Of a stretch of 64,000 nt of DNA, positions 17,715 through 25,068 are shown piece by piece. A program made the translations under genes and the position numbers. Positions within the stretch are counted from its first letter, which is position 1. Every line of letters begins with the position of its first letter. The DNA lies in the NCBI GenBank assembly GCA_036377415.1, contig DASUYK010000039.1, forward strand, positions 119 to 64,118, read 5' to 3'. Source of the DNA: Solirubrobacterales bacterium. Lineage in GTDB: Bacteria > Actinomycetota > Thermoleophilia > Solirubrobacterales > 70-9. The notes below the pieces were generated by a model. It was given only the letters and a program-made list of their open reading frames with translations, searched no databases and had not been told where the DNA came from.

Positions 17715-19052
17715 ATGGAGGAGGGGACCGCGACGACCGCTGTTCCGGCCGCGCTCGGCACCGCCGCGACGGTGCTGCTTCAGAGCCTGATCCGGGTCGA
17801 CACCGTCAACCCGCCCGGCAACGAGCGCCGCATCCAGGAGGAGCTTCGGGCGATGCTCACCGAGGCCGGCTTCGAATGCGAGCTGCTCGCCGCGGAGCCC
17901 GATCGCCCCAACCTGGTGGCTCGCCTGCGCGGCGAGCGGGATGGGCCCACGCTTACCCTGCTCGGTCACGTCGACACCGTCCGAGCCGATCCCGAGGAGT
18001 GGGCCCAGGACCCCTGGGGCGGGGCACAGATCGACGGATGGATCTGGGGCCGGGGAGCCCTCGACATGAAGGGCCAGGTCGCCGCCGAGGTCGCGGCCTG
18101 CCTGGAGCTCGCCCGATCGGGATGGCGGCCAGCCGGCGAGTTGATGCTGGTTCTGACCGCCGACGAGGAGGCGGGTGGGACGCTCGGCGCCCACTGGCTC
18201 TGCCAGCAACACCCCGACCGGGTCAGGACCGACCTCGTCGTCAACGAAGGGGGCGGGGCCCTGATCGAGATCGGCGACCGACGGCTCTACACCATGAGCG
18301 TGGGCGAGAAGGGGATCTTCCGCATCCGGCTGAGGACGGAGGGCCGAGCGGGGCACGCGTCGCTTCCCCGGATCGGTGACAACGCTCTGCTCAGACTCTC
18401 CAGCTACCTCGCCGCGCTCGCGGAGCAGCCGCCCCCCGAGCCGGGCGCGGTCGGGGAGGCGCTGTTAGAGAACCTCCTCGGGGACTCGTTAACGGGCGCC
18501 GAGGGAGTGAGGGCGGGGCTCGAGCGGCTGCGCACCGAGCAGCCGCTTCTGGCCGACTACCTGGTCGAGCCGATGCTCGGGGTCACCCTGACCCCGACCA
18601 AGGCTCGGTCGGGGAAGAAGGCCAACGTGATCCCCTCCGAGGCCGAGGCGCTGATCGACTGCCGCGTCCCGCCGGGGTGCGGCCAGGAGGAGGCCCGCAG
18701 GCAGCTCGCCGCCCTGATCGGGGAGGGTGACTACAGGATCGAGTTCACTGAGGCGGTGGTAGGGAACACCTCGCCCATCGATTCGCCGCTGGCCGACGCG
18801 ATCCGAGCGTGGACGGCGGACGCCGACCCGGGCGCCGGGATCGTGCCGACGATCATGCCCAGCTTCAGCGACAGCAACCCCTTCCGAACCGCGTTCCCGG
18901 ACGCAATCGTCTACGGCTTCTGCCCGCATCGCGAGATCACCCAGATCGAGCAGGCTCCCCTGATCCACGGCGCCGACGAGCGCGTTCCCGTCGCCGACGT
19001 CGAGTTCGCGGCCGGCTTCTTCCACGAGCTCCCGAGGAGGATTCTCTCTTGA
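17715..19052 (+). CDS. M20/M25/M40 family metallohydrolase (ArgE/DapE/ACY1-like)
   Basis: 445 aa. Motifs LLGHVDTV, GRGALDMKG, TADEEAGG. Confidence 0.9.
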   Translation: MEEGTATTAVPAALGTAATVLLQSLIRVDTVNPPGNERRIQEELRAMLTEAGFECELLAAEPDRPNLVARLRGERDGPTLTLLGHVDTVRADPEEWAQDPWGGAQIDGWIWGRGALDMKGQVAAEVAACLELARSGWRPAGELMLVLTADEEAGGTLGAHWLCQQHPDRVRTDLVVNEGGGALIEIGDRRLYTMSVGEKGIFRIRLRTEGRAGHASLPRIGDNALLRLSSYLAALAEQPPPEPGAVGEALLENLLGDSLTGAEGVRAGLERLRTEQPLLADYLVEPMLGVTLTPTKARSGKKANVIPSEAEALIDCRVPPGCGQEEARRQLAALIGEGDYRIEFTEAVVGNTSPIDSPLADAIRAWTADADPGAGIVPTIMPSFSDSNPFRTAFPDAIVYGFCPHREITQIEQAPLIHGADERVPVADVEFAAGFFHELPRRILS

Positions 19053-19918
19053 GGACCGAGCCGAGCCAGAACGGAGACCGAGCCGTGGACGAGCAGGAGT
19101 ACGTGCTGCGGCTCGGCGGCATGGCGTTGCGCAACGGTCTGCTGATCCACGGGCCGACCTCGTGGGCGGCCGCGGCCAGGGACGAGGCGGGCGGGATCCA
19201 GGTCGCCTCCGGTCCGAAGCCCGGGCTCGCGCCCGACCTCGCTATCCGGGTACCTCTGCTCCGAGGGCCGCTGCGTCTCGCCGAGGCATTTCTGCTGATC
19301 CCGACCGTTCGGATGAAGCTGAGGGCCGCGCGCCTTCCGTTCGAGGACGTCCGCGTGATCGCAGCGATGCTGATCGCCTCGATCACGAGCCGGGCGCTTC
19401 GCCGCCGCCGGAGCAGCGCGGCAGGCGAGCTTGTCCAGGCCGCCCTCGGGCTGGCCCCGGCGATGGTCGCCCTCAGCGACCGGAACCTCGCCGCCTACCA
19501 CGGGGTCGAGCACAAGGCGATCGGTGCGTACGAGGCCGGCTCCGACGATCCGACCACCGCCACCAAGGAGCACGAGCGCTGCGGATCCAACCTGGTCGCT
19601 CCGATGCTGATCCTCTCGGCCGGGGGCCAGCTGCTCCTCGGGCGGGCCCTCCGGGAGCCGGGACCGATCGCCCGCGCCGCGATCGGGTTGGCGAGCGCCT
19701 CGCTCGCCGCGGAGATGTTCGCGTGGAGCGAGCGGAACCCCGAGACCACCGCGGCCCGGGCCTTCCACCGGCCGGGGCACGAGATCCAGCGTCTGATCGC
19801 GACCAAGGAGCCGACCTCGGAGCAGCTCGAGGTCGGGGTCGCCGCGCTCCGAGAGATCCTCCGCGTTGAGCAGGAGGCCGATGGCGAGAGGGAGAGCGAG
19901 CCGCCGCCCGCGACCTGA
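19049..19918 (+). CDS. DUF1385 domain-containing membrane-associated protein
   Basis: Tail of ORF 18809..19918. Motifs GGMALRNGLLIHG and YHGVEHKAI are family hallmarks. TTG 19049 overlaps the M20 stop (TTGA) and has GAGGAGG 8 nt upstream. Confidence 0.8.
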   Translation: MRTEPSQNGDRAVDEQEYVLRLGGMALRNGLLIHGPTSWAAAARDEAGGIQVASGPKPGLAPDLAIRVPLLRGPLRLAEAFLLIPTVRMKLRAARLPFEDVRVIAAMLIASITSRALRRRRSSAAGELVQAALGLAPAMVALSDRNLAAYHGVEHKAIGAYEAGSDDPTTATKEHERCGSNLVAPMLILSAGGQLLLGRALREPGPIARAAIGLASASLAAEMFAWSERNPETTAARAFHRPGHEIQRLIATKEPTSEQLEVGVAALREILRVEQEADGERESEPPPAT

Positions 19919-19936
19919 CCGCCGACACCTGCTCAA

Positions 19937-19942
19937 TAGACT
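19937..19942 (+). promoter_or_regulatory. -10-like hexamer TAGACT, 7 nt upstream of the mce ATG
   Basis: Sequence reads TAGACT-cattcgc-ATG. Confidence 0.4.
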
Positions 19943-19949
19943 CATTCGC

Positions 19950-20363
19950 ATGCTCGGCCGGATCGACCACGTCGGCGTCGCCACGGACGACCTCGAGGGC
20001 GCCATCACCCTGTACGAGAGGACTCTCGGAATGCCGCTCGCCCACCGCGAGATCGTGGAGTCTCAGGGCGTCGAGGCGGTGCTCCTCGACGTAGGCGAAG
20101 GCCACGTGGAGCTTCTGCGGCCGCTTGGCCCGGACACACCGGTGGGCAAGTACCTCGCCAAGCGGGGTCCTGGCCTTCACCACGTCGCCTACGCGGTGGC
20201 GGACATCGGCGCGACCCTCTCGCAGCTGAAGGAGGCGGGTGTCGCGCTGATCGACGAGGAGCCCCGCGCCGGGATCAGGGATTCGCGGGTCGCCTTCGTG
20301 CACCCGAAGGCGATGGGCGGGGTGCTCACCGAGATCGTAGAACCGTCGGAGGCTCATTCATGA
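19950..20363 (+). CDS. mce: Methylmalonyl-CoA epimerase (VOC/glyoxalase fold)
   Basis: 137 aa from ATG 19950. Motifs RIDHVGVAT, GEGHVELL, GPGLHHVAY, FVHPK. Confidence 0.88.
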   Translation: MLGRIDHVGVATDDLEGAITLYERTLGMPLAHREIVESQGVEAVLLDVGEGHVELLRPLGPDTPVGKYLAKRGPGLHHVAYAVADIGATLSQLKEAGVALIDEEPRAGIRDSRVAFVHPKAMGGVLTEIVEPSEAHS

Positions 20364-20403
20364 GCCGCAGACGACAGGATGGAGAGGCCCGTTCATGAGC
20401 CGC
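20357..20403 (+). repeat. 35-nt-period direct repeat (TTCATGAGCCGC occurs twice) carrying two 12-codon mini-ORFs
   Basis: An exact 12-mer sits at 20357..20368 and 20392..20403, and each copy is followed by ACGACA-n-GATG. See findings. Confidence 0.8.
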
Positions 20404-20429
20404 CGTGGACGACATGATGAAGGGGGACG

Positions 20430-20654
20430 GTGATGGCGGGCACGGCAGAGCGTGTCTCGATCGGGTTTTCGGGGGGTCAGGTGGTGGAGGTCCGGATCAC
20501 CGACGCGAAGCTGAAGGAGCTTCGGAAGTCCCTGGAGAACGCGGACGGATGGACGGACCTGGAGACGGAGGAGGGGACCGTGTCCCTCGATCTCCGCCAG
20601 GTGGTCTTCGTCCGCAGCGCCGTCACGCCTCAGCGGATCGGCTTCGCCGCATAG
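20430..20654 (+). CDS. Small conserved hypothetical protein, DUF3107-like
   Basis: 74 aa. The pattern V-x-IG...V.EV....L.EL...L....GW..L..EEG.V.LDL..VVFV.......IGF resembles actinobacterial DUF3107 proteins. GAAGGGGGA lies upstream of GTG 20430 / ATG 20433. Confidence 0.55.
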   Translation: MMAGTAERVSIGFSGGQVVEVRITDAKLKELRKSLENADGWTDLETEEGTVSLDLRQVVFVRSAVTPQRIGFAA

Positions 20655-20760
20655 GCCGCTGGGTCTCATCCTCGTCATAGGCATCGGGGTCGGAATCGCG
20701 CTCGCGATCGCCGGGATCGTCCTCGCCCTGACCGGCGCCGGGCTGCTCGTCGGGCTGGTC

Positions 20761-21156
20761 GTGATCGCCGCCGGGGCCCTGATCGCCCTCCTCTTCGGCG
20801 GCCTGTTGCTGGCGCACGACCTCTACCGCTCCCTGCGCGAGTGGAAGGAGCTCTTCTCCGGCGGTGGGCCCGACGAGCTCCACCTGGTCTCCGCGCGCCC
20901 CCCGAAGGGCTTTCTCCTCCGCAGGCAGGCCACGTTGGTCTTCGAGGCGCGGCGTGGCGACGGCCCGAAGAAGCAGCTCGAGCGCGGGATCCCGATCCCG
21001 ATTCCCCAGGCCTTCCTCTGGCGGAGCCTCGGCCGGATCCCGACGCCGATCGGCCGCCTCACCGACGAGCGCAAGCTCAACCTGGCACTGCGGCGACGGA
21101 AAGGCCCGACCAGAGGCGCTCCTCGGCGTCAAGCACCCGAGCCGCCTCGGACCTGA
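20761..21156 (+). CDS. Hypothetical membrane protein (true start probably upstream, near 20659)
   Basis: 131 aa from the first canonical start. GC3-rich coding signal and two TM-like helices continue in frame upstream to 20659 without an ATG, GTG or TTG. The 3' end overlaps the convergent gene by 80 nt. Confidence 0.6.
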   Translation: MIAAGALIALLFGGLLLAHDLYRSLREWKELFSGGGPDELHLVSARPPKGFLLRRQATLVFEARRGDGPKKQLERGIPIPIPQAFLWRSLGRIPTPIGRLTDERKLNLALRRRKGPTRGAPRRQAPEPPRT

Positions 21157-22078
21157 GTCGCTCCCACTGGCCCCGATCCAGCTCGTCCGGCTCGCTCGCG
21201 TCCCGTGCCGACAGCGCGAGCCTCGTCCAGTCCTCGGCGGCCTCCCCCGCGAGGTCCGCCTCGGCGTAGCCGGCCTCCTCGAGGAAGCGCGCGTACATCT
21301 TCCGGAAGTTCCCCCCGCCGGTCCCCCGCCGCTCGATCACCTGGTAGAGGAAGCGCGCGCACCACTGCCAGTCCTCGGTCGCATCGGGCCAGTCCCCGAC
21401 CTCGGCCGCGAAGCGGCGTAGGGCCGGCAGCCCCTCGTACTCGCCGAGCGGGGGATTCAGCATCTGCTTCGCCGCCCGCTCGATCGCCCTGGGCGCGTGG
21501 GCGAGCAGATCGGCCCGGTCGAGCTCGATGCCCTCCGGGAGGTCGATAGCGTGCCCCTCGAGCTGGAAGATCGGCTGCCGGGAGTGGCGCGCCTCCTTCA
21601 GGCTCTCGCGGGAGGTCGTCTGCAGGTCCTCGAAGGCGGTGTCGGAGAGCCAAGCCAGCTCGTCGTCATAGCCGGCGAGGATCACGGCGTGCCCCGGAAA
21701 GTGTGCGGAGCGGCCGTAGTGGTCGAGGTAGTAGAGGTCGGTGAGCAGGAGAACCGGACGCCCCTCGTCGACCGACGTCCGCACCATCTCCCACGATTCC
21801 TCCGGATCCGGCTCGGTCCGAAGTCGAAGCGGGACCTCGGTCAGTTCGAGGAAGTTCTCCTCGAGGCGCGCCGCCCGGCCGTTTGTGAACCGCGAGGGGG
21901 AATGCTCTTCGAGGACGAGGTAGTAGAAGCACGCGCCCGCGCCGAGCCCGAATGCCATCTCCTCCGAGATCTCCACCCCGTGGAATCCGAGCAGGTTCCG
22001 AAGCGCCGTCGATCCGCAGTGGTTTCCCGGCACGTGCCGGTACCTCGGGACCATCACCCTCTTCGCCGTCTCAGCCAT
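21077..22078 (-). CDS. BtrH_N / DUF4872 family protein (papain-like Cys-His fold; peptidase or acyltransferase)
   Basis: 333 aa. N-terminal GNHCGSTALRNLL (Cys) and FPGHAVILAGYDD (His) resemble butirosin BtrH N-domain/C39-like enzymes. The C-terminal half is helical and DUF4872-like. Confidence 0.8.
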   Translation of the reverse strand: MAETAKRVMVPRYRHVPGNHCGSTALRNLLGFHGVEISEEMAFGLGAGACFYYLVLEEHSPSRFTNGRAARLEENFLELTEVPLRLRTEPDPEESWEMVRTSVDEGRPVLLLTDLYYLDHYGRSAHFPGHAVILAGYDDELAWLSDTAFEDLQTTSRESLKEARHSRQPIFQLEGHAIDLPEGIELDRADLLAHAPRAIERAAKQMLNPPLGEYEGLPALRRFAAEVGDWPDATEDWQWCARFLYQVIERRGTGGGNFRKMYARFLEEAGYAEADLAGEAAEDWTRLALSARDASEPDELDRGQWERLRSEAARVLDAEERLWSGLSVAAVPG

Positions 22079-22084
22079 CGGCCG

Positions 22085-22090
22085 ATTTAT
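22085..22090 (-). promoter_or_regulatory. -10 hexamer (T)ATAAAT, 6 nt upstream of the BtrH-like ATG
   Basis: Reverse strand reads cgTATAAAT-cggccg-ATG. This is the best TATAAT match in the window. Confidence 0.5.
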
Positions 22091-22302
22091 ACGACTCGCG
22101 CAGCTTCAGGTACTCGGAGCGGCGCGCTTCCCTCCCCGGCCTCTCCCTCCAGGGCGCGGGCCTCGCGCGGCAGCCGGACCGCGAGGAAGGCCGCCGCGAG
22201 CACGACGAGGAGCGCGAGGATCCAGCGCGATCCCAAGAGCGGCAGCCCCGCCCGCCTGAGGGACTCCTCGTAGTTCCGCAGACGCTCGGAGTCGGAGGCC
22301 AT
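22087..22302 (-). CDS. Possible small single-TM protein (doubtful)
   Basis: 71 aa (MASDSERLRNYEESLRRAGLPLLGSRWILALLVVLAAAFLAV...). GC3 is good in the first two thirds. The tail overlaps the downstream -10 box. No homology recognised. Confidence 0.3.
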   Translation of the reverse strand: MASDSERLRNYEESLRRAGLPLLGSRWILALLVVLAAAFLAVRLPREARALEGEAGEGSAPLRVPEAARVV

Positions 22303-22313
22303 TGGCAGAACCG

Positions 22314-22319
22314 TATTCT
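22314..22319 (+). promoter_or_regulatory. -10-like hexamer TATTCT, 6 nt upstream of in-frame GTG 22326 of the PAP2 gene
   Basis: Sequence reads TATTCT-ccgccg-GTG. Confidence 0.4.
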
Positions 22320-22325
22320 CCGCCG

Positions 22326-22820
22326 GTGCTCGGCCGCCTCGACACCCGCCTCCTGTACGTGATGCGCACCCGGTTCCACGGTCGGGGCGCCGAGGCCGTC
22401 GCCCGAGGTCTGGGCAGGGTCGGGGAATACGGCGCGATCTGGTTCGCGATCGGGATCGTCCTCGCCGTCATCGACCCCGATCGCGGCGAGGACTGGCTCG
22501 TCGCGGGGATCCTCGGCCCGGTGGGGATCGGGCTGAACTACGTGGTCAAGCTGATCGTCAGGAGGCCGCGCCCGGTGCTCGAGGGGCTGCCGCCGCTCGG
22601 CGGCGCGCCGAGCTCACTCAGCTTCCCGTCGGCCCACGCGACCTCGTCGTTCGCATGCGCGACCGCGATGACCAGGATCGCGCCGGAGGCCGCCGTCCTC
22701 TTCGTCCTCGCGGCCGCGATCGCGGCCTGCCGGCCATACCTCGGCATGCACTATCCCTCGGACGTCCTCGCCGGGGCGCTGTTGGGCACTGCCCTCGGCC
22801 TGATCGTTCCCCTCTCGTGA
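22326..22820 (+). CDS. PAP2 family phosphatase (undecaprenyl-diphosphatase / lipid phosphatase type)
   Basis: Motifs KLIVRRPRP (KxxxxxxRP), FPSAHA (PSGH-like), YLGMHYPSDV (SRxxxxxHxxxD-like). The ORF track starts at TTG 22302. I prefer GTG 22326. Confidence 0.85.
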   Translation: MLGRLDTRLLYVMRTRFHGRGAEAVARGLGRVGEYGAIWFAIGIVLAVIDPDRGEDWLVAGILGPVGIGLNYVVKLIVRRPRPVLEGLPPLGGAPSSLSFPSAHATSSFACATAMTRIAPEAAVLFVLAAAIAACRPYLGMHYPSDVLAGALLGTALGLIVPLS

Positions 22821-23890
22821 AGATCGGGATCATCGGCATGCCCAACGCGGGCAAGTCGACCCTGTTCAACGCGCTGACCGCCGCCGGCGCCGAGATCGGC
22901 GACTACCCGTTCACGACCGTCGAGCCGAACGTCGCGGTCGTCCGGGTGCCCGACCAGCGCCTCGAGCGGATCGCCGAGACCGTCGGCTCATCCGAGACGG
23001 TCCCGGAGACGATCGACTTTCACGACATCGCCGGGCTCGTCAAGGGGGCATCGCAGGGAGAGGGCCTGGGCAATCGGTTCCTCGCGTCGATCCGCGAGAC
23101 GGACGCGATCTGCCACGTGATCCGGGTGCACGGCTCGGGTGCGGTCGCCCACCCCGAGGGTCGGATCGACCCGGTCGCGGACGCCGAGCTGATCGAGACC
23201 GAGCTGCTCGCCGCCGACCTCGAGGGAACCGAGCGACGCCTCGAGCGGGTGACGAAGCTGGCCCGCTCCGGCGACAAGGAGGCGATCGCGGAGCGCGACT
23301 GGCTCGAGCGGGTCGTCGGGGCCATCTCCGCCGGCCGGCCGGCGCGCGAGGTGTCGGTGCCCGAGGCTGCGCCGGACGCGCTCCGGAAGCTCGCGCCCTT
23401 GACCGCGAAGCCCGTCCTCTACGTCGTCAACGTCGACGAGGGCGAGACGAAGGCGCCCCCGGAGCTCGCCGCCCATGCCGAGCAGATGGAGGCGGGCGTC
23501 GTGGTGATCTCAGCCCGGGTCGAGTCGGAGCTTCGCGAGCTCGATCCTGAGGAGGCCGAGGAGATGCGCGGCGAGCTCGGGATCGAGCGCTCCGGCCTCG
23601 AGCGCCTGATTCGGGCCGCCTTCGAGCTGCTCGATCTGGTCACCTTCTTCACCGCGGACCCGGGCAAGGAGGCGCAGGCGCGCACCCTCTCGCGCGGCGG
23701 CACCGCATACGACGCGGCGGGCCGGGTGCACGGCGATATCCAGCGGGCGTTCGTCCGCGCCGAGGTGATCGCCTGGGACGAGCTGGTGGATGCCGGCGGC
23801 TACGCCGCTGCCCGCGAAAGGGGGACGCTCCGGATCGAGGGCCGCGAATACGTCGTCCGGGAAGGCGACGTCATCCACATCAGGACGTAG
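22817..23890 (+). CDS. ychF: Redox-regulated ribosome-binding ATPase YchF
   Basis: ORF 22655..23890 trimmed to GTG 22817 (VKIGIIGMPNAGKSTLFNALT), which overlaps the PAP2 stop (GTGA). The TGS-like C-terminus is present. Confidence 0.93.
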   Translation: MKIGIIGMPNAGKSTLFNALTAAGAEIGDYPFTTVEPNVAVVRVPDQRLERIAETVGSSETVPETIDFHDIAGLVKGASQGEGLGNRFLASIRETDAICHVIRVHGSGAVAHPEGRIDPVADAELIETELLAADLEGTERRLERVTKLARSGDKEAIAERDWLERVVGAISAGRPAREVSVPEAAPDALRKLAPLTAKPVLYVVNVDEGETKAPPELAAHAEQMEAGVVVISARVESELRELDPEEAEEMRGELGIERSGLERLIRAAFELLDLVTFFTADPGKEAQARTLSRGGTAYDAAGRVHGDIQRAFVRAEVIAWDELVDAGGYAAARERGTLRIEGREYVVREGDVIHIRT

Positions 23891-24048
23891 CGCCCGCCGG
23901 GCTCAGCGACCCAGTCCAACGACGGTCGGGAGGTCGCCGCGCAGAGGCCCGTCCTGGCGCCTTCCCCTTCGCAGGGTGCGCAGCAGACGGCAGGGATCTG
24001 CCAGCCGAGGTCCGCTCGCGCGCCGCCCGCCTCACGGCCTGATGCCGA

Positions 24049-24054
24049 TAGGTT
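24049..24054 (+). promoter_or_regulatory. -10-like hexamer TAGGTT, 6 nt upstream of GTG 24061
   Basis: Sequence reads TAGGTT-ctcgcc-GTG. Confidence 0.45.
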
Positions 24055-24060
24055 CTCGCC

Positions 24061-25053
24061 GTGCGCACCGAGGCTCGCTTCCCCCAGGTGCCGGAGAAGG
24101 CCGGCCACTACGAGAGCTTCTATCTGAAGCTCAACCAGCCGGGCGGCGGCCGGGGGGCGTGGATCCGGCACACGGTCCACAAGCGGCCGAAGGAGCCGGC
24201 CACCTGCGCGCTGTGGTTCGTCCTCTTCGACGCCGCTGCGGCCGGCCCGCGGGCCACGAAGCGGCAGTTCGGAGCCGACGAGCTGGAGGCCGCGCCCGAC
24301 TGCTACATCCGTATCGCGGATGCGACCCTGACCGACGGCCGCGCGACTGGCCGGGTCGAGACAGACGTGCTCGAGGCGAGGTGGGATCTGAGCTTCTCCG
24401 ACACGCACGAGCCCTTCCACCACCTCCCTCGCGATTTCCTCTATCGCGCGAAGCTCCCGAGGACGAAGTTCCTCAGCCCCTATCCCGATGCGGTCTTCAA
24501 CGGGCACCTGGACGTCGGCGGCGAGCGGATCGCCGTCGAGGGATGGCGGGGGATGATCGGCCACAACTGGGGGGCCGAGCACGCGGAGCGCTGGGTCTGG
24601 GTCCAGGGGTCAGGGTTCGAGGGCCGTTCCGCCGAGGACTACTTCGACATGGCGGTGGGCCGGATCAAGGTCGGCGGGCGGATGACGCCTTGGGTCGGGA
24701 ACGGGATGCTGATGCTCGACGGCACCCCCCACCGGCTGGGCGGGTTCGGCCACATCCCCAGCACCGAGGTGACCGAGGAGCCGACAGGCGCCCGATTCGA
24801 GCTCAGGGGCAAGGACGTCAAGCTCTCCGGCAACGTCAGGGCCCCCGCCAAGGACTTCGTCGCCTGGATCTACGCGGACCCGGTCGGGCCCGAGCACAAC
24901 ACCCTCAACTGCTCGATCTCCGACCTCGACCTCGACGTCGAGCTCGCCGGGCGCCCCGCCCAACGCCTCACCGTGAGGGGTGCGGCCGCGTACGAGTTCG
25001 GCTCCCGGGACACCGACCACGGTATCCCGCTGCAGCCGTACCCGGACGGCTGA
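24061..25053 (+). CDS. Conserved hypothetical protein, tocopherol cyclase-like (family assignment tentative)
   Basis: 330 aa with good GC3. GHYESFYLK and MIGHNWGAEHAERWVWVQG resemble the FFEGWYFK and EKNWG..P.KWFWVQ motifs of the tocopherol cyclase family. Confidence 0.7.
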   Translation: MRTEARFPQVPEKAGHYESFYLKLNQPGGGRGAWIRHTVHKRPKEPATCALWFVLFDAAAAGPRATKRQFGADELEAAPDCYIRIADATLTDGRATGRVETDVLEARWDLSFSDTHEPFHHLPRDFLYRAKLPRTKFLSPYPDAVFNGHLDVGGERIAVEGWRGMIGHNWGAEHAERWVWVQGSGFEGRSAEDYFDMAVGRIKVGGRMTPWVGNGMLMLDGTPHRLGGFGHIPSTEVTEEPTGARFELRGKDVKLSGNVRAPAKDFVAWIYADPVGPEHNTLNCSISDLDLDVELAGRPAQRLTVRGAAAYEFGSRDTDHGIPLQPYPDG

Positions 25054-25068
25054 TCGCGGCGAAGCGCG

